A stretch of DNA of 60,709 nucleotides, filler included. It is 4 parts of 4 records of this genome, joined end to end, with 100 filler letters (N's around TTAATTAATTAA, not from the genome) between each part and the next. Parts side by side here need not be neighbours in the genome. Positions count along the whole stretch, not along the records: positions 43,349 to 60,709 come from SRR20825019_1784; 3 more parts are not named here. One strand, given 5' to 3'. The notes under the pieces are model-generated. The model ran no database searches. It was not told where the DNA came from and saw only the letters and a program-made list of their open reading frames with translations. This document shows, piece by piece, positions 44,443 through 57,228 of this stretch. Both the position numbers and the translations under genes were made by a program. Every line of letters starts with the position of its first letter. Positions within the stretch are counted from its first letter, which is position 1.

Positions 44443-45529
44443 CTACCATATCACACCACCAAAGATCACAATGAAGACGAACAGCACGGCAAACACTTTT
44501 GCGATCAACCACCGATTGCTGGAAACACTGTTCAGATACTTCAGCAGTTCCTGCTCTCCCCTTTGCACATTGGATATAGTATCGTCCACATTGGCGTCGA
44601 TTCTATGAAATCACCAAGTAAGCAACCATCTGGCCACAAGAATCCACTAAGTCACCTTTCTACTTGCTCCCGCTGTTCCTCTATCATTGTTGCCAACCGG
44701 TTGAAGATGGTTCCCAACTCTGCAATCGTGCTTTGCACATTTTGAACAGCCGCCGCGCGATCATTGAGATAGTTGGTTTCCTGCCCCATTACTTGGGCTT
44801 GGGCTTGTTGGGGAATATTGATAACCACGTCGCCTTGGCTGCCATCAGGGTTGCTATTCTGCCTTTGATACATGGGATTATTCGCGGATATTCTCCCTTG
44901 CGTTGTCCCGTAAGAAAACTGATTCTTGCGTTCGTTTTGCTCCTTGAGAGTCTATAGACGGTTTAGAACCCAAGTTCTGCAAATGCGTGGACGCACATTA
45001 CCTCGGTGCGAGTTTCCAGAGCACTCTTGAAGTCTTTCGTTGTATCCGCCAACTTGCTCTTCAGTGAGTTCACAACATTGTTATGATGAGCCGAGACGTT
45101 GTCTCCGCCAGCTTTTTGATTGAGTGACCCAAGGAAGTCAATTTTTTGATTCATTCCTTGAATATCTTGTTTGATCACATAAGTTAGTTCTTGAATGTCG
45201 GCCGCCGGGTCGTCAAATATGGAATTTTTCTGTGTAACTAGACAAGGCTATTAACTCCTACTCGCCATTCAAATTGAAATGGTCATACGCTTTGTGAGTT
45301 TTGCCAGCTTTTGAGAAGTCATGTGAATATCACGTCCAATCTCAGCCGCTACGGACGTGAACTGCGATTTTTGCTGGTTGGGCCGCGAAGGTGCCTTGAT
45401 TGCGCCAGTGCCCATTCGATTCCTTGCATTCTGCACACCTCATAAGCTTAGCCAACACAAGAAACCCAAAAGCCGGACCTCAGCAATAGAAAAGAACTCG
45501 GATGTCCGATCTTTAAATGATGTAGCCAT
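44443..45529 (-). CDS. STX5: Syntaxin-5 (Sed5), multi-exon
   Basis: N-peptide KDRTSEF, IFDDPAADIQELTYVIKQDI, STIAELGTIF and ELLKYLNSVSSNRWL + TM anchor. Confidence 0.93.
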
Positions 45530-45589
45530 CCTAGACTTGTAGGTCAGCACTCATGCGGCTTGTGCGACCTATTTATGGGCACAGTACGC

Positions 45590-46740
45590 GCCGTCGAAGC
45601 AGGACCCGGCGCGGGCGAGATTGGCGGCTCAAACAATAGCAAGCTTCACAGCCTTAGTGAGTGGTTTTCACTTTGGAACGCCGGGTCCGCGGGACGGTAC
45701 TCACTCACTACTCCTGAGGCAGAGCCGGCCGTCAGTCACGGTCGTGCTGGCGGGTTCCTCACTCAGCCCGGTCCCGCGGCTGGCCGACGGAGGGGAGCTG
45801 GAGGCGGGGGCGGTGCCGTGCAGCCGGCGTGACTCGGTTCGTCAGAGACCGGACGGGCCAGCTCGGCCGGCCACCCACTCAGTTCAGCCGAGGCCTCACC
45901 ACTGGCAGGCCATACCCCAGTCCCGTCGGACGGGCTGAGCGCCAGCCACGCTGGCGCCACTCCTGAGCCGGCCGGCCGCCTCAGGTTGGCACCCGCCGGG
46001 CCCGGGGCGAGCCTCCGGCGCGGCATGCATTCCGAAATGACCCGGGCCTGCGGCGGGTCGTCGTCGTATGTCCAGCCACCTGGCCGCGCGGCCGCTACCA
46101 CGACGCCGCCGGCCGGCCGCGGCACCCGGCGCGGCGCTCGCCTCGCCGGCAGCCCGGCGGGCCAGGCCGCCGGGCCCCCGGCGAGCGCCGCAGCGTCGGC
46201 GTTGATCCGTAAGTTTTTGTTTTGGGGAAAGCCCACTTGCTATTGGTTGTCATGTGTCTACATGAAGAGGGTGGCTTTTATGGTGTGATCCAAAAATAAA
46301 CCCTGGACTCCTGGCTGATCTGTTGATATCAGATCAACAGCTGGCCGCCACCAGGCCGACCGGGCCTCGCCCCCCCGCGGGCCCCGCCTGTCAGCGGGGG
46401 CCGTGGTCGTGAATCGCCTGCGCCCCGAGCATGATTGCCGGGGTGGCAACGGGTGTCTCCGGCACAGCAGGTCGGCCTTCCGCCGATTCATCAGCCGGCT
46501 CAGCACCCCTACGGTCCCCTCGTTGTCCGGGTCGGGGCGCGGCACTGCCCGGTCAGGTCTGACCCCCGCCCGGCCGGGGCAGTACTGATGAGGCACGGCC
46601 GCTGACGCCGGCCCCCCCCCAAGGCCCCGCCGGCCTGCCGTGCCGGGGGGTGGCGGAAGGCACGTCGCCGGTGAGCGCTTAGCACACTAACTGACGCGGC
46701 ACTCGCCGGCCCCTGCCGCGCTATGCATTGGGCCTGTCCA
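45590..46740. promoter_or_regulatory. Bipartite GC-rich island between divergent genes with an AT-rich core (about 46200-46340)
   Basis: Sharp composition shifts; CACTCA/GTCAGTCA motifs; 8-bp inverted repeat CTGTTGAT-N5-ATCAACAG at 46320-46340. Confidence 0.5.
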
Positions 46741-46894
46741 ATGACAGTTGTTATTTCACCATTCACTAGCAAGTGTTCGCGACGCTCCCCCTGAAACGTC
46801 ACGTCGTTCGTCCTTACACCGCCGGCTGAGGCAACAAGGTTCACAACCCCAACTCCCTGAGATGGTTTCCGTGAAATAATGGTGGAGCTTTCCA

Positions 46895-47851
46895 ATGCTT
46901 TTATTGGGTTCGTTCGTCATGACTGCAGGCCAGTTCTGCCTTCCTGGCATACGTGTGAAAAGGCCCGATGGGTCTTATCTTAATGGTGACTATTTCTGTA
47001 CCGAGTCGATATCGACGCTTGCCATATGCGCTGTATTTTTCTTCACGTTTCGTTTGCTGTCACGAAAGTTGTCGCGTGCTATGTTCCCCGGTTATAAGAA
47101 ACTCGCGGAACACGACAAGATTCAGTTTGATGATCGGTTGACGTCTCAACTGCATGCTTTTCTCGTTATTCCGGGGGCTGTTTGGTGTACCTTCAAGCTG
47201 TATCACAAAAATTTTAACTTTATTCTGGACGCTCAGTCTAGCGCATGTGACGTGTACCTACTGATGACACTGGGTTTTATGGTTCAAGATTTGCTTTTTA
47301 TGATATGGTATTATCAGCACCTGGGTAGTATTGCCATGGTAGTGCACCATTGTGCAACAATATTTGCGATGTACCTTGTTGTCGCGTATCGGGTAGCTCA
47401 GTTCTATGCTATGTTTGGGCTGATAACGGAAGCATCAACCATATTTTTGAACATGCGGTGGTTTTTGTGGAAGATGAAGATGCAAGATACAAAGTTCTAC
47501 ATGTATAACGGGCAGCTTTTGTTTCTTGTGTTTTTCGTAGTGCGGGCGCTGGGTTTTTTGGTTGTGGAAATTCACATAGCCGTGTACCACAAGGTTATTG
47601 CCACATTACCTACGGTATCAGTTTCCTTATTGGTCATTTCAGTCACGATATTCTTGCTGCTGAATTGGTATTGGTTTTCTCTAATTCTGCGAGGGGTTAT
47701 TCGAGAGTTTAAGAGAAGGGCTAAGAGCCAAGAAGAGATTGAAGAGGAGCAAGAGATCCTTGAGGGTGAGACGGCTGGTGTTGGTGTAGTGAACATGGAT
47801 TCTCCAGGTAGGTCGTGTGAGAATCGAATGTCCGCATCATCAAACGTATAA
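46895..47851 (+). CDS. TLC (TRAM/LAG1/CLN8) domain protein, TMEM56/TLCD4-like
   Basis: SQLHA, DL, VVHH, TEASTIFLNMRWFL, NG..LF..FF.VR and LNWYWF. Confidence 0.9.
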   Translation: MLLLGSFVMTAGQFCLPGIRVKRPDGSYLNGDYFCTESISTLAICAVFFFTFRLLSRKLSRAMFPGYKKLAEHDKIQFDDRLTSQLHAFLVIPGAVWCTFKLYHKNFNFILDAQSSACDVYLLMTLGFMVQDLLFMIWYYQHLGSIAMVVHHCATIFAMYLVVAYRVAQFYAMFGLITEASTIFLNMRWFLWKMKMQDTKFYMYNGQLLFLVFFVVRALGFLVVEIHIAVYHKVIATLPTVSVSLLVISVTIFLLLNWYWFSLILRGVIREFKRRAKSQEEIEEEQEILEGETAGVGVVNMDSPGRSCENRMSASSNV

Positions 47852-47888
47852 AATGTACATAGTCACTTTACGTGTGTTGGATTGACGT

Positions 47889-49197
47889 CTACTCTGCTTT
47901 CCCACTAAGGAGAGGATCGTTTTCTCCAGTGGAATATGGTGGAGGTGCGTCAGCAACACTACTTCTCTTGCGCGGAAGCACTGGACCAGTAGCCACGCGA
48001 CCAATATGATTGAAGTCCTCCTTCTTGTGATCCCGGATATCACCTACTCCATTCGCACGATAATGCTTCTCGCATTGACGTTGATTATGGCACATTGCTA
48101 CCAGGCCACAAATACCAAAAAGGAATCCCCAAGCACCACCCCATTGCCCCAACAAGTCGAGAATTGTCTCATGCACCTGCTCTTCCACAACCAAGTCTTC
48201 CGCAAGTAAGAAAATGATATCAGCGTACAACGAGTCATAGTCAAGCACGTAGTCTTGACGATATGAAAAATGGAGTGAAGAATACTTGTCCATAAAATGA
48301 TCCTGGAATATATAAGGCATCACCCGTGAATGGATTGTGATTTGCTTCTTTGCAAAATACAGATTGCTATGGGTAACATTAGAACATACAGGAACCATCC
48401 TCTGCGATAGAACATGCAGCAATCTCTTACCTGTGCACAGTTCTCCCCTTTGAGAATATCCACGTGAATGCTCTATCTCTTCTAGTCTTCTTCACCTTAA
48501 CTTGAGGCGTCTCTAACTTTCGTATGCTTCTGTGCTGCCATCGTAGAAGCTCCTCCTTGAAGTGCAAGACTAGTACCCCATCCATAACGACCTTGTCAAT
48601 TTCCTCGGGAGACTTGCAGTACGGCTTTCCCGTGCACCGACGCATCTCTACGTTGATCATAACTTGATCTGGAAGCTCTTCGGCACCGTACAAATAACCC
48701 CAATCCTGAGAAGAGGTCAGACCAGCCCGTGGCTACGTGGATACCAAATACCTCTGGACATTTTGCATCAGCATGATACTTCTCCGTGTATTCACTAACG
48801 TAAGAACAGTTTCGTAACCCTAAGTCTATATATTTTTGCCCATCCTCTGCTCCCTTTTTGAACAACTTATACTTAAAAGTGAAGTAGCGCTCGTCGTAGA
48901 AGGTGTCCCCTTCAATACAGTTAGCTCAGTGACAACGCACTGTGCGAGCCACATACCTCCCAGATAAAAGAACAACTTCCAGCTATCCAGCATTGGAACT
49001 GGTTCATCGTCCATAGGCAATGAGGCCGTGAACATTCGTGGAGGGTCGTAGAGAAAACGGTGGGTAGACTTGGCCATGTAGAAAAACATAGTAAGACCTA
49101 TTACTAACGTCCATAAAAACCCACACCATGACTTGTATGAGGGAAAATGATACGTGGGATCGTATCCAAACGCATCAAAGCGTCTCGGATCGCACAT
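47889..49197 (-). CDS. Two-TM protein with large Cys-containing loop (DEG/ENaC-like topology), multi-exon
   Basis: N-terminal TM (CGFLWTLVIGLTMFFYMA), loop with C...C.SPEEI, C-terminal ETILDLLGQWGGAWGFLFG; the ORFs join in frame via GT-AG introns. Confidence 0.7.
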
Positions 49198-49319
49198 CCC
49201 CCTCCCCACAACTTTGGGCGTTACTGTTTTCGGAGTATATTAATAGTGCCTCTTCTTTTGACGGGCTCTCACGATTGACCCGAGTACGCGCAAGTGAACG
49301 AAAAGGTCTCACGGGACGA

Positions 49320-50160
49320 CACGAGCCTCACTATTTCGTAGGCTCTGGGCCGCGCCCGTCCGTCGTACCTCCCACCTTCAGCTCACTCCATTGCGGTGGT
49401 CATGCGCGAGGGCCAACTTCTGTCAAGTGCCTTGGACCGGCTCTCGCCGGCCCGACCCGGGCCTTGCCCAAGTCATCGCCGGGCCGGGCGGGCGGGGGCC
49501 CAAGCCGGCCGGTCAGTCGCGCCCGGCACCGGCCCCTCGCTGACGGCCGGCCGGGACTCCGGGGGCCGGGGGCCTTGAGGTCGTCCGCGGGCGGGACCGC
49601 CCCACGGCCGGCGGCCGGACTGGCCCTACGCCGGCTCACCGGGGGGGCCCAGTCATTGAGTGATGAGCCGGTGCCGAGCCTCTCGGAACAGGTACAACTC
49701 CCCACACATTGGTACAACCAGAAGATCAACTCTAGAAACTCACTGTAGACATAGCGTAGTTCGTTAAATTGAGACATATCCGAAATTGTGTAGATTTGAC
49801 TTCGTAGGCGTAGGCAGCTGGCTGCGCGGGCGGGCCAAACCCGCGGCATGAGCACGTCGCAGTCGCACCCCCGCTGACACTGGGCGGGTTGCGCCGGCGG
49901 CCCCTTCGCCCCGATTGCTGCCCGCCGTCGTCCCTCCGGCCCGACACTGATAGATGGTCAGCAGGCCGCCCTCGCCGGTCCGGCCGGTCCCGCCCAAGCG
50001 TTGTTACTCACATCCTGCGACGCGGTGCGATAGCCGCGGCAGGCTCGGCGACTGGCTGGCCACCATCCGGACGGGATGGACCGTCCGTCTCCAGCGATGC
50101 CGAGTTCAGGTTGCAGGTCACCATACCCAAACACACCTAACACAACAAGCCCGGCCGACA
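49320..50160. promoter_or_regulatory. Bipartite GC-rich island between divergent genes with an AT-rich core (about 49690-49810)
   Basis: Same architecture as 45590-46740. Confidence 0.5.
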
Positions 50161-50278
50161 CATCACCAACCGTCCGTGCTATTCTGGAAAAAGCACGCAT
50201 ATATGCCCGTGCTCACATGCAATGAGAGTTTCAGACAACAGCCTCAACTCCGCGGTGAACTTCACTGGGCAACTCACA

Positions 50279-51727
50279 ATGAGAATGGTAGCGGCCGTAA
50301 GGCCAGCTCCTGTTTTGGTGGGAATATTGCTCATGCTGTCGTGGCATACATATGCCGCGCACAGTGAACCTGAAGGGGGTACTGAGGACTCCGGGGGAGT
50401 TGTAACTGGGCGGGTGGTCTATGACCATGGGAAGGGGCGAAACAGATGGGCATGTTCCAGAGGGGGCATTGGGCTATTCCGTCCTGAGAACTGGAAAGTA
50501 GCTTCGCGAGACTTGCGACAGCACAGTCCAGTTGCTGGGTTTCCTATACTGGGCAGAGATCTCAACGGGTTTTTAGGCGCTGGACTACCGACGGGAAAGT
50601 TTGTGATTGCTGCTGAACTGCGGTGCTTACCTAGGACTGGAGGGCACGAGGTCATTCTGCGTGGGACATATGGTAGTTGGAATAATCCGAAAGTTATTTC
50701 GGTAAATGCTGGCGTGGGGGTTCATGATATTGTTATCCATGTTAGCCGGCATCCTGAACGGATTCAAAATGCTGCTGAAAAGGTGATCGTGCCCATGGAG
50801 TTCGACGAAATTGCACGCAAAGCCAACTCGGAAGAAAAAGCATCTCACACAAACCTTGGAGTTGCACTGGCGAAGGAGTCCGAAATGGAGGCGTATTCTA
50901 ATCTGGTGGAAAAACAGCTGGAGGCTGAGAGTAGTGTTCCTGCTCCAAGTTCTTTGCAACAACCTCGACGTCAGCTTAGACACAGCGTGGCATCAGACTT
51001 GACTGAAAATACGCCAACGACGGGAACAACAGGAGAAGCAACTGTAACACCAGAGCCGTCTGGGTTTGCAAATTCCACAGGGTCTGTGCCTGAGGTTTCT
51101 CCTGTAGAGACACCTGCGAATACGGGTATAGGAGGGGAGGGAAATAATGCCACTGTGCCGCACAGTCCTGCATTGCCAAGGCCAGGGGAAGTCGAAACCC
51201 CGGTAGACGGTGCGGCAAGGGCTGAAGAGCAGGCCAAGGGACTGGTGGAAGAAATGGCCAAGAATGCAACTGAATCTGCACGGCATAATGAGACCGAGGG
51301 AGCGAGCACCCCGACTGCGTCTGAAGTTGATGCAGCCGCGGCCGCAGCAAACCGCACTGCTCGTCAGGAGCACAGGGAACTTAATGGACAGGCAGGGCTG
51401 GCTGTGTCCAATGGCACTGACGGTATTGACGAGCTTGCGGGGGCAGTTGCTACTGCGAATGTTTCACGGGATGCACTAGGGGCTTGGGCAACACCTGAGG
51501 AGCCAGTTACTGGGGGGTCAAGTGCTGAACAACAGATGGTTCAGCTATTTACAGCTTTGCTTGAGTCACACGTTGAGTATGCCAAGAGCCGGTTACTATT
51601 CGAGGCATATGCAGTCAATGGAATCAACGAAGACATTGGGATGGTGAAGCAGTTTGAGACGGTCCTTAATGGATTTGTGATGGATGCATCGGATGACGAA
51701 AGCGTGACTCCAATTGCAGAGCTTTGA
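50279..51727 (+). CDS. Secreted hypothetical protein with a low-complexity T/E/A/P-rich region
   Basis: Long intronless ORF; signal-like PVLVGILLMLSWHTYAA; several NxS/T sequons; the ORF could start at 50222. Confidence 0.65.
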   Translation: MRMVAAVRPAPVLVGILLMLSWHTYAAHSEPEGGTEDSGGVVTGRVVYDHGKGRNRWACSRGGIGLFRPENWKVASRDLRQHSPVAGFPILGRDLNGFLGAGLPTGKFVIAAELRCLPRTGGHEVILRGTYGSWNNPKVISVNAGVGVHDIVIHVSRHPERIQNAAEKVIVPMEFDEIARKANSEEKASHTNLGVALAKESEMEAYSNLVEKQLEAESSVPAPSSLQQPRRQLRHSVASDLTENTPTTGTTGEATVTPEPSGFANSTGSVPEVSPVETPANTGIGGEGNNATVPHSPALPRPGEVETPVDGAARAEEQAKGLVEEMAKNATESARHNETEGASTPTASEVDAAAAAANRTARQEHRELNGQAGLAVSNGTDGIDELAGAVATANVSRDALGAWATPEEPVTGGSSAEQQMVQLFTALLESHVEYAKSRLLFEAYAVNGINEDIGMVKQFETVLNGFVMDASDDESVTPIAEL

Positions 51728-52659
51728 TTGGTTGATCTTGGTTTCTAGCGATGATACTCTACTGGTTTGTAAATCAGACCTGCTGTGATTTATGAGTGTG
51801 GAAATATGTGAAGCTTATTAGATAGGTGGCTTGGGCACGGAGAGGGGGGGTTCCAATATTTTGCTGTGACTTGAAAGTGGGCAGGAAGACGTGGTTATAT
51901 GCCTGTGATGATCCTGCGCAGTCTCATTACATCTTTTAGGTCAAGTCGCTGTTAGTGTACTGGCTGTATCATATAGCCCGGCAAGTAACTCAGTATCAGT
52001 AGGTAGGGGATGCGTGCACTGCCGTTGCTAAAGGTAGGAAGGGCGGCCCGCTCAGCCTGTCGGCAACTCTAGTCAACTCATCTGTTTCAGTGCATTTGCC
52101 ACAACCTCAGCATTATCCAAGTCTCACTCAGCACGGCACAGCCACGGACACCAAGTTCTGACTGCCACCGAGGCCCTCCCCAAGGCCCCATGGGGCCCAG
52201 CGCCCTCGAGTGAGACCGCGAGTCGATCAGTAGGGTGACTACTCTCAGTCACCCTCGTCCGGGGCAGCCGTTTCTCAACTTGAGCCCGAGGCTTGGCCAC
52301 ACTTGCTGGCACCGTGCAGTCATCGCAAGCGGCAAGGCGCCGAGCGCTCGCCGGTCAGGGTCCCCGGCGCTGGGTCCGCCCCGCAGCAGGCTCGTCCGGG
52401 GGGCCGCCCTCCGATCCCTGGTGACGCTCGCCCCCGCGCCGCGCCCCCGTCACGCTCCAAGCGGTGGTCGCCGGCCCAGCCCGCAATGACACCGTGTCAG
52501 AGTTCCCGCAATCTATGGTGAGGGGTACGTCAACACGCTGGCAATCCATCGGCACTTCCCGCCAGCTTCAGTATATATCTGCCTGTTGTTATGCACACAC
52601 TGAGAAGGCATAGAGCAGTCACTGTTGCAGTTCAAGAAGGATAGAGAACGTGGGGTGAT

Positions 52660-54921
52660 ATGGACATACACACCGATCCTCTCACGAAGGCGCTCCTGTG
52701 TAGCCGAAGGTGCCAGCGGGAGGCACTCCGCCAACTGTTAGGAAAGACTGGATCAAGTAGTGGCGGTGTTGCAACAACTGGAGAAGATGTAACAGCGGAA
52801 ACTGTAGACATTTTGAAATTTGCACAGTCTGGCAAGGACAGTGGGCGCGCGATGGCGGCTGCGGAGGCTTCACGCGCGTTCAGAACAGCGGAAGTGCAGC
52901 CACCAATGGAAGATGAGGCAGGATCTCCGGAGCGCAGGTCACGCTCCAGCACTGCAATATCTGGGGAGTTGACACCTGGGGGAGAGGCTAAAGGGAAGAA
53001 ACTCAGCATGGCAGGGCATGAAATTGGAGAAGAGCGAGGGAAAGTAGTCGGAGAAACTGAAAGTATACAAATGGAGGTGAAGTTTGCATCAGAGTTTGCT
53101 CAGTTAGTGAAAGATACCCTGCCGTCCGAAGACATGGCTTCACGGTCTCCTCATCAGCCTCCACCCCGTAGTCGCGGCCGTAAGTCATCTGTTGATAGCC
53201 AGACTAGTGTTGTGGAGGCAAGAGAGCATGCACAGAGACTTCAGGCCACATCACGTAGTCGGAACTTTGGGAATGTAGGGCCTTCCTTTTGTTTAGTGGA
53301 TTCCAGAGAGGCAGTGAGCGAGGTTGCCCTGCTGTCGAGAGTGAATGCAGTCATAGAAGTAATACCCGGGCAAGAAAATTCAATGGTCGTGCCCGAAGAA
53401 TCGAGCGATCGCCATGAGAAGGCATTCAGCGACACTGATGATGATTCAGAGGCAGCACAGAATGGACCCTCGCCTAGTGATTGGAACAAGCGCACTGCGG
53501 CTCGCAGTGATCCGCAGCAACACCTGTTTGCCCCCGAGGACATCCTGCGTGGATTATATTATGGGCGACAGGTCTTGACGGCGCAACCGAGTCGTGAGAA
53601 GATTCTTGTTATTGTTACGGACTGTGCGAGTATGTGGATAGGCGTGGTGATCCGCTCTGCACTGATGAACACGAAAAGATCTTCTGCTGTTGGCACGCCA
53701 AATGCACGCTTTTCGGCGGCTTTGAATATTGCGATTGGACCGACTGCCCTTGCTCAAGCATTGGCAAACAACGGATCGATGCTACAGTATCGCAGTACAA
53801 GCTGTGTCCGTGAGCCAGATGAAGGCTTGTCCATTGTTGAAGGCCGCAAGATCCTCGCTGGTCTCATTGCGATGACATCCACGGAACTAGGACGAGAAGC
53901 TGTTCCAATCATACATGCAAGCCAGGGTCTCGATGTGGCGAAGAAGGACAAATGGTGGGCGCGCCTCCTTGGAGGACGGAATCGGGGCCAAAAGAACATT
54001 ACGCCCCTTCATTGCCCTGTAGCCTTGCGGATGTTGGGCAGCGGCGGCACGGCGGGTGTATTTGAGGTGTATGAATTATTGCCAGGACATTCCAAGGTTG
54101 CGGGACATGACAGCTTTTCCTCTGATCCGCGCACTCCAATGAGCACCATGCCTATTAGTGACCATGGTGGTTCCTTGGACAGTGAGCCCTGGTGGCTTGG
54201 TGGAGCTAGCGAACCTGTTTCAATACGGACATGTGCATTGAAGGTATTCTTTGGGCAGCGTTGCTTGGAGAGAAGGGATAGCGAGGTTCAGCTCATGAGT
54301 GATCTTGCAAACAAAGGCGTGCCATCCATACCAACCATAATATCCACGGGATCGACATCATGGAAGGGAGAGGAACAAGCGCCATACATGGTGTTTGAAC
54401 CTGTGGCGGAAGAAATTGACACGCTGAACCCGCGAATGCTATTAGATGTGATCAAAGCGTTGAAATCTTGCCACAAGGCTGGCATCGTTCACTGCGATGT
54501 GTCTCCCTCTAACATTATGATGCATGATGGGAAGGCGATATTGATTGATTTTGGACTCTCACGGAAGGTGGGAGCTACCCTTGACCTCGCATCGACTCCG
54601 CAGTTTGCGGGCAATGATCATATAGGATCCATTGAGGCAGGTAGGCCACACAAGTACATGCCGTTTGATGACCTTGCGGCACTTGTGAGGAGTGTGATGT
54701 ATTTCCAGTTCCGCTATGCTCCTGAGGAGGACGGATCTGACTTCGTCAAGAATTACTGGAACAGTTTGCTTAGCGACAACGCATTTTCGGGCCAGAATAT
54801 GGACCATCTCGCGAAGGAGTGTGATTACGCTGGACTGTATGAAGCGCTGCAAAAGTACTGTAGGCTAGATGAGGATGACGTCATTACGTCAGCCAATGTG
54901 AAGGATGCGCTGGGTTTTTAG
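52660..54921 (+). CDS. Protein kinase with N-terminal extension (FunK1/Crinkler-like)
   Basis: LGSGGTAGV, ALK, HCDVSPSNIM, LIDFG, TPQF and DDL; upstream YGRQVLTAQPSR...VTD. Confidence 0.8.
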   Translation: MDIHTDPLTKALLCSRRCQREALRQLLGKTGSSSGGVATTGEDVTAETVDILKFAQSGKDSGRAMAAAEASRAFRTAEVQPPMEDEAGSPERRSRSSTAISGELTPGGEAKGKKLSMAGHEIGEERGKVVGETESIQMEVKFASEFAQLVKDTLPSEDMASRSPHQPPPRSRGRKSSVDSQTSVVEAREHAQRLQATSRSRNFGNVGPSFCLVDSREAVSEVALLSRVNAVIEVIPGQENSMVVPEESSDRHEKAFSDTDDDSEAAQNGPSPSDWNKRTAARSDPQQHLFAPEDILRGLYYGRQVLTAQPSREKILVIVTDCASMWIGVVIRSALMNTKRSSAVGTPNARFSAALNIAIGPTALAQALANNGSMLQYRSTSCVREPDEGLSIVEGRKILAGLIAMTSTELGREAVPIIHASQGLDVAKKDKWWARLLGGRNRGQKNITPLHCPVALRMLGSGGTAGVFEVYELLPGHSKVAGHDSFSSDPRTPMSTMPISDHGGSLDSEPWWLGGASEPVSIRTCALKVFFGQRCLERRDSEVQLMSDLANKGVPSIPTIISTGSTSWKGEEQAPYMVFEPVAEEIDTLNPRMLLDVIKALKSCHKAGIVHCDVSPSNIMMHDGKAILIDFGLSRKVGATLDLASTPQFAGNDHIGSIEAGRPHKYMPFDDLAALVRSVMYFQFRYAPEEDGSDFVKNYWNSLLSDNAFSGQNMDHLAKECDYAGLYEALQKYCRLDEDDVITSANVKDALGF

Positions 54922-54963
54922 CAGCGGTGCACTTCAGCGGCATTCACATATACGCGTTTATGT

Positions 54964-56239
<1,276 letters not shown>

Positions 56240-57228
56240 GTTGGCTAGATAAATATGTATAATAAGTGAGTATTGCTCGCTTAAATAAGTGTGAGTTAGC
56301 TGGGTCTCTTGGTGGAGACGATGCGCGTAGACACTCAGCCAGTAACCGCCAGAGCCGGCGGCGAACCGGTCACGACCACTCGGACGATCGAACTCTCTTA
56401 CTGGGTTCTCGTGAGAGAGTTCCTTGGGAGTGAATGGAGGCTAACGAAAGAAGTCTGCCGGCCGAAACACCGCTGGTGACCTCTCCACGCGCTACTTCGG
56501 CCCGGTTGTGGCCTATTGAGGGCCGGCCGCTGGACGCAGCTGGTCCGGGTCTGGCCGCTGCGGGGATCGTCACGGTGGGCCGGGTGCGGCGCCGGGCAAG
56601 GGCGGACCGAGGGGCCAGTCCGGGTCCTGCGGGAGTGAGGGCGTCGATCAGGGCCCCCACTGGTTCCGAGAAAGAACGGCCTATCTTGATTAGTAGCACT
56701 TGTAGTCACATGTGTAAATGTATCTACCGCTATTATTCTCTTATATTCCAATTTGTGAAGATAATGGTCGCTAAGCTATGCGGTGAACGCTTGGAAAACT
56801 GTGGGCATTTGGTCATCTGTTACACGCCCTTAAGTTAACGACTCTCTATCTCACTTCCATCTCCCGGATAAGGACTCTTATCCGCTTGCTTCACGAAATC
56901 AACGGCGGGTTTCGTATGCACACTTGAAATCGATACCTAGAGTCAGATCGTCGGTGACGGCTGAGGTTCGTTACCATGCAGCAAGCCACAGACAGTAAAA
57001 CGGTCAGGGACCGGGGTGTACTGGTGCTGTGACAAGAGCAACCTCTTCGACCGTGAGGGCTTGCAAGAAGAAGGTATCTGAGCGAGCCTCTCTCTTGCAG
57101 AGTCTTGTTTCAGGGAGGTCATAAGGCGGATTCTTGGCACCCTATACATATATGTGTCGGATTAATTAGTGAGTATTCACACCCCTTCATTCTCTCTAAC
57201 CCTAACCCTACGCACACACCTGTGCATA

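Noticed and set aside
45560-46895. R/P/G/A-rich ORFs in the GC islands
   Set aside because: Stop-poor by composition; low complexity and no domains
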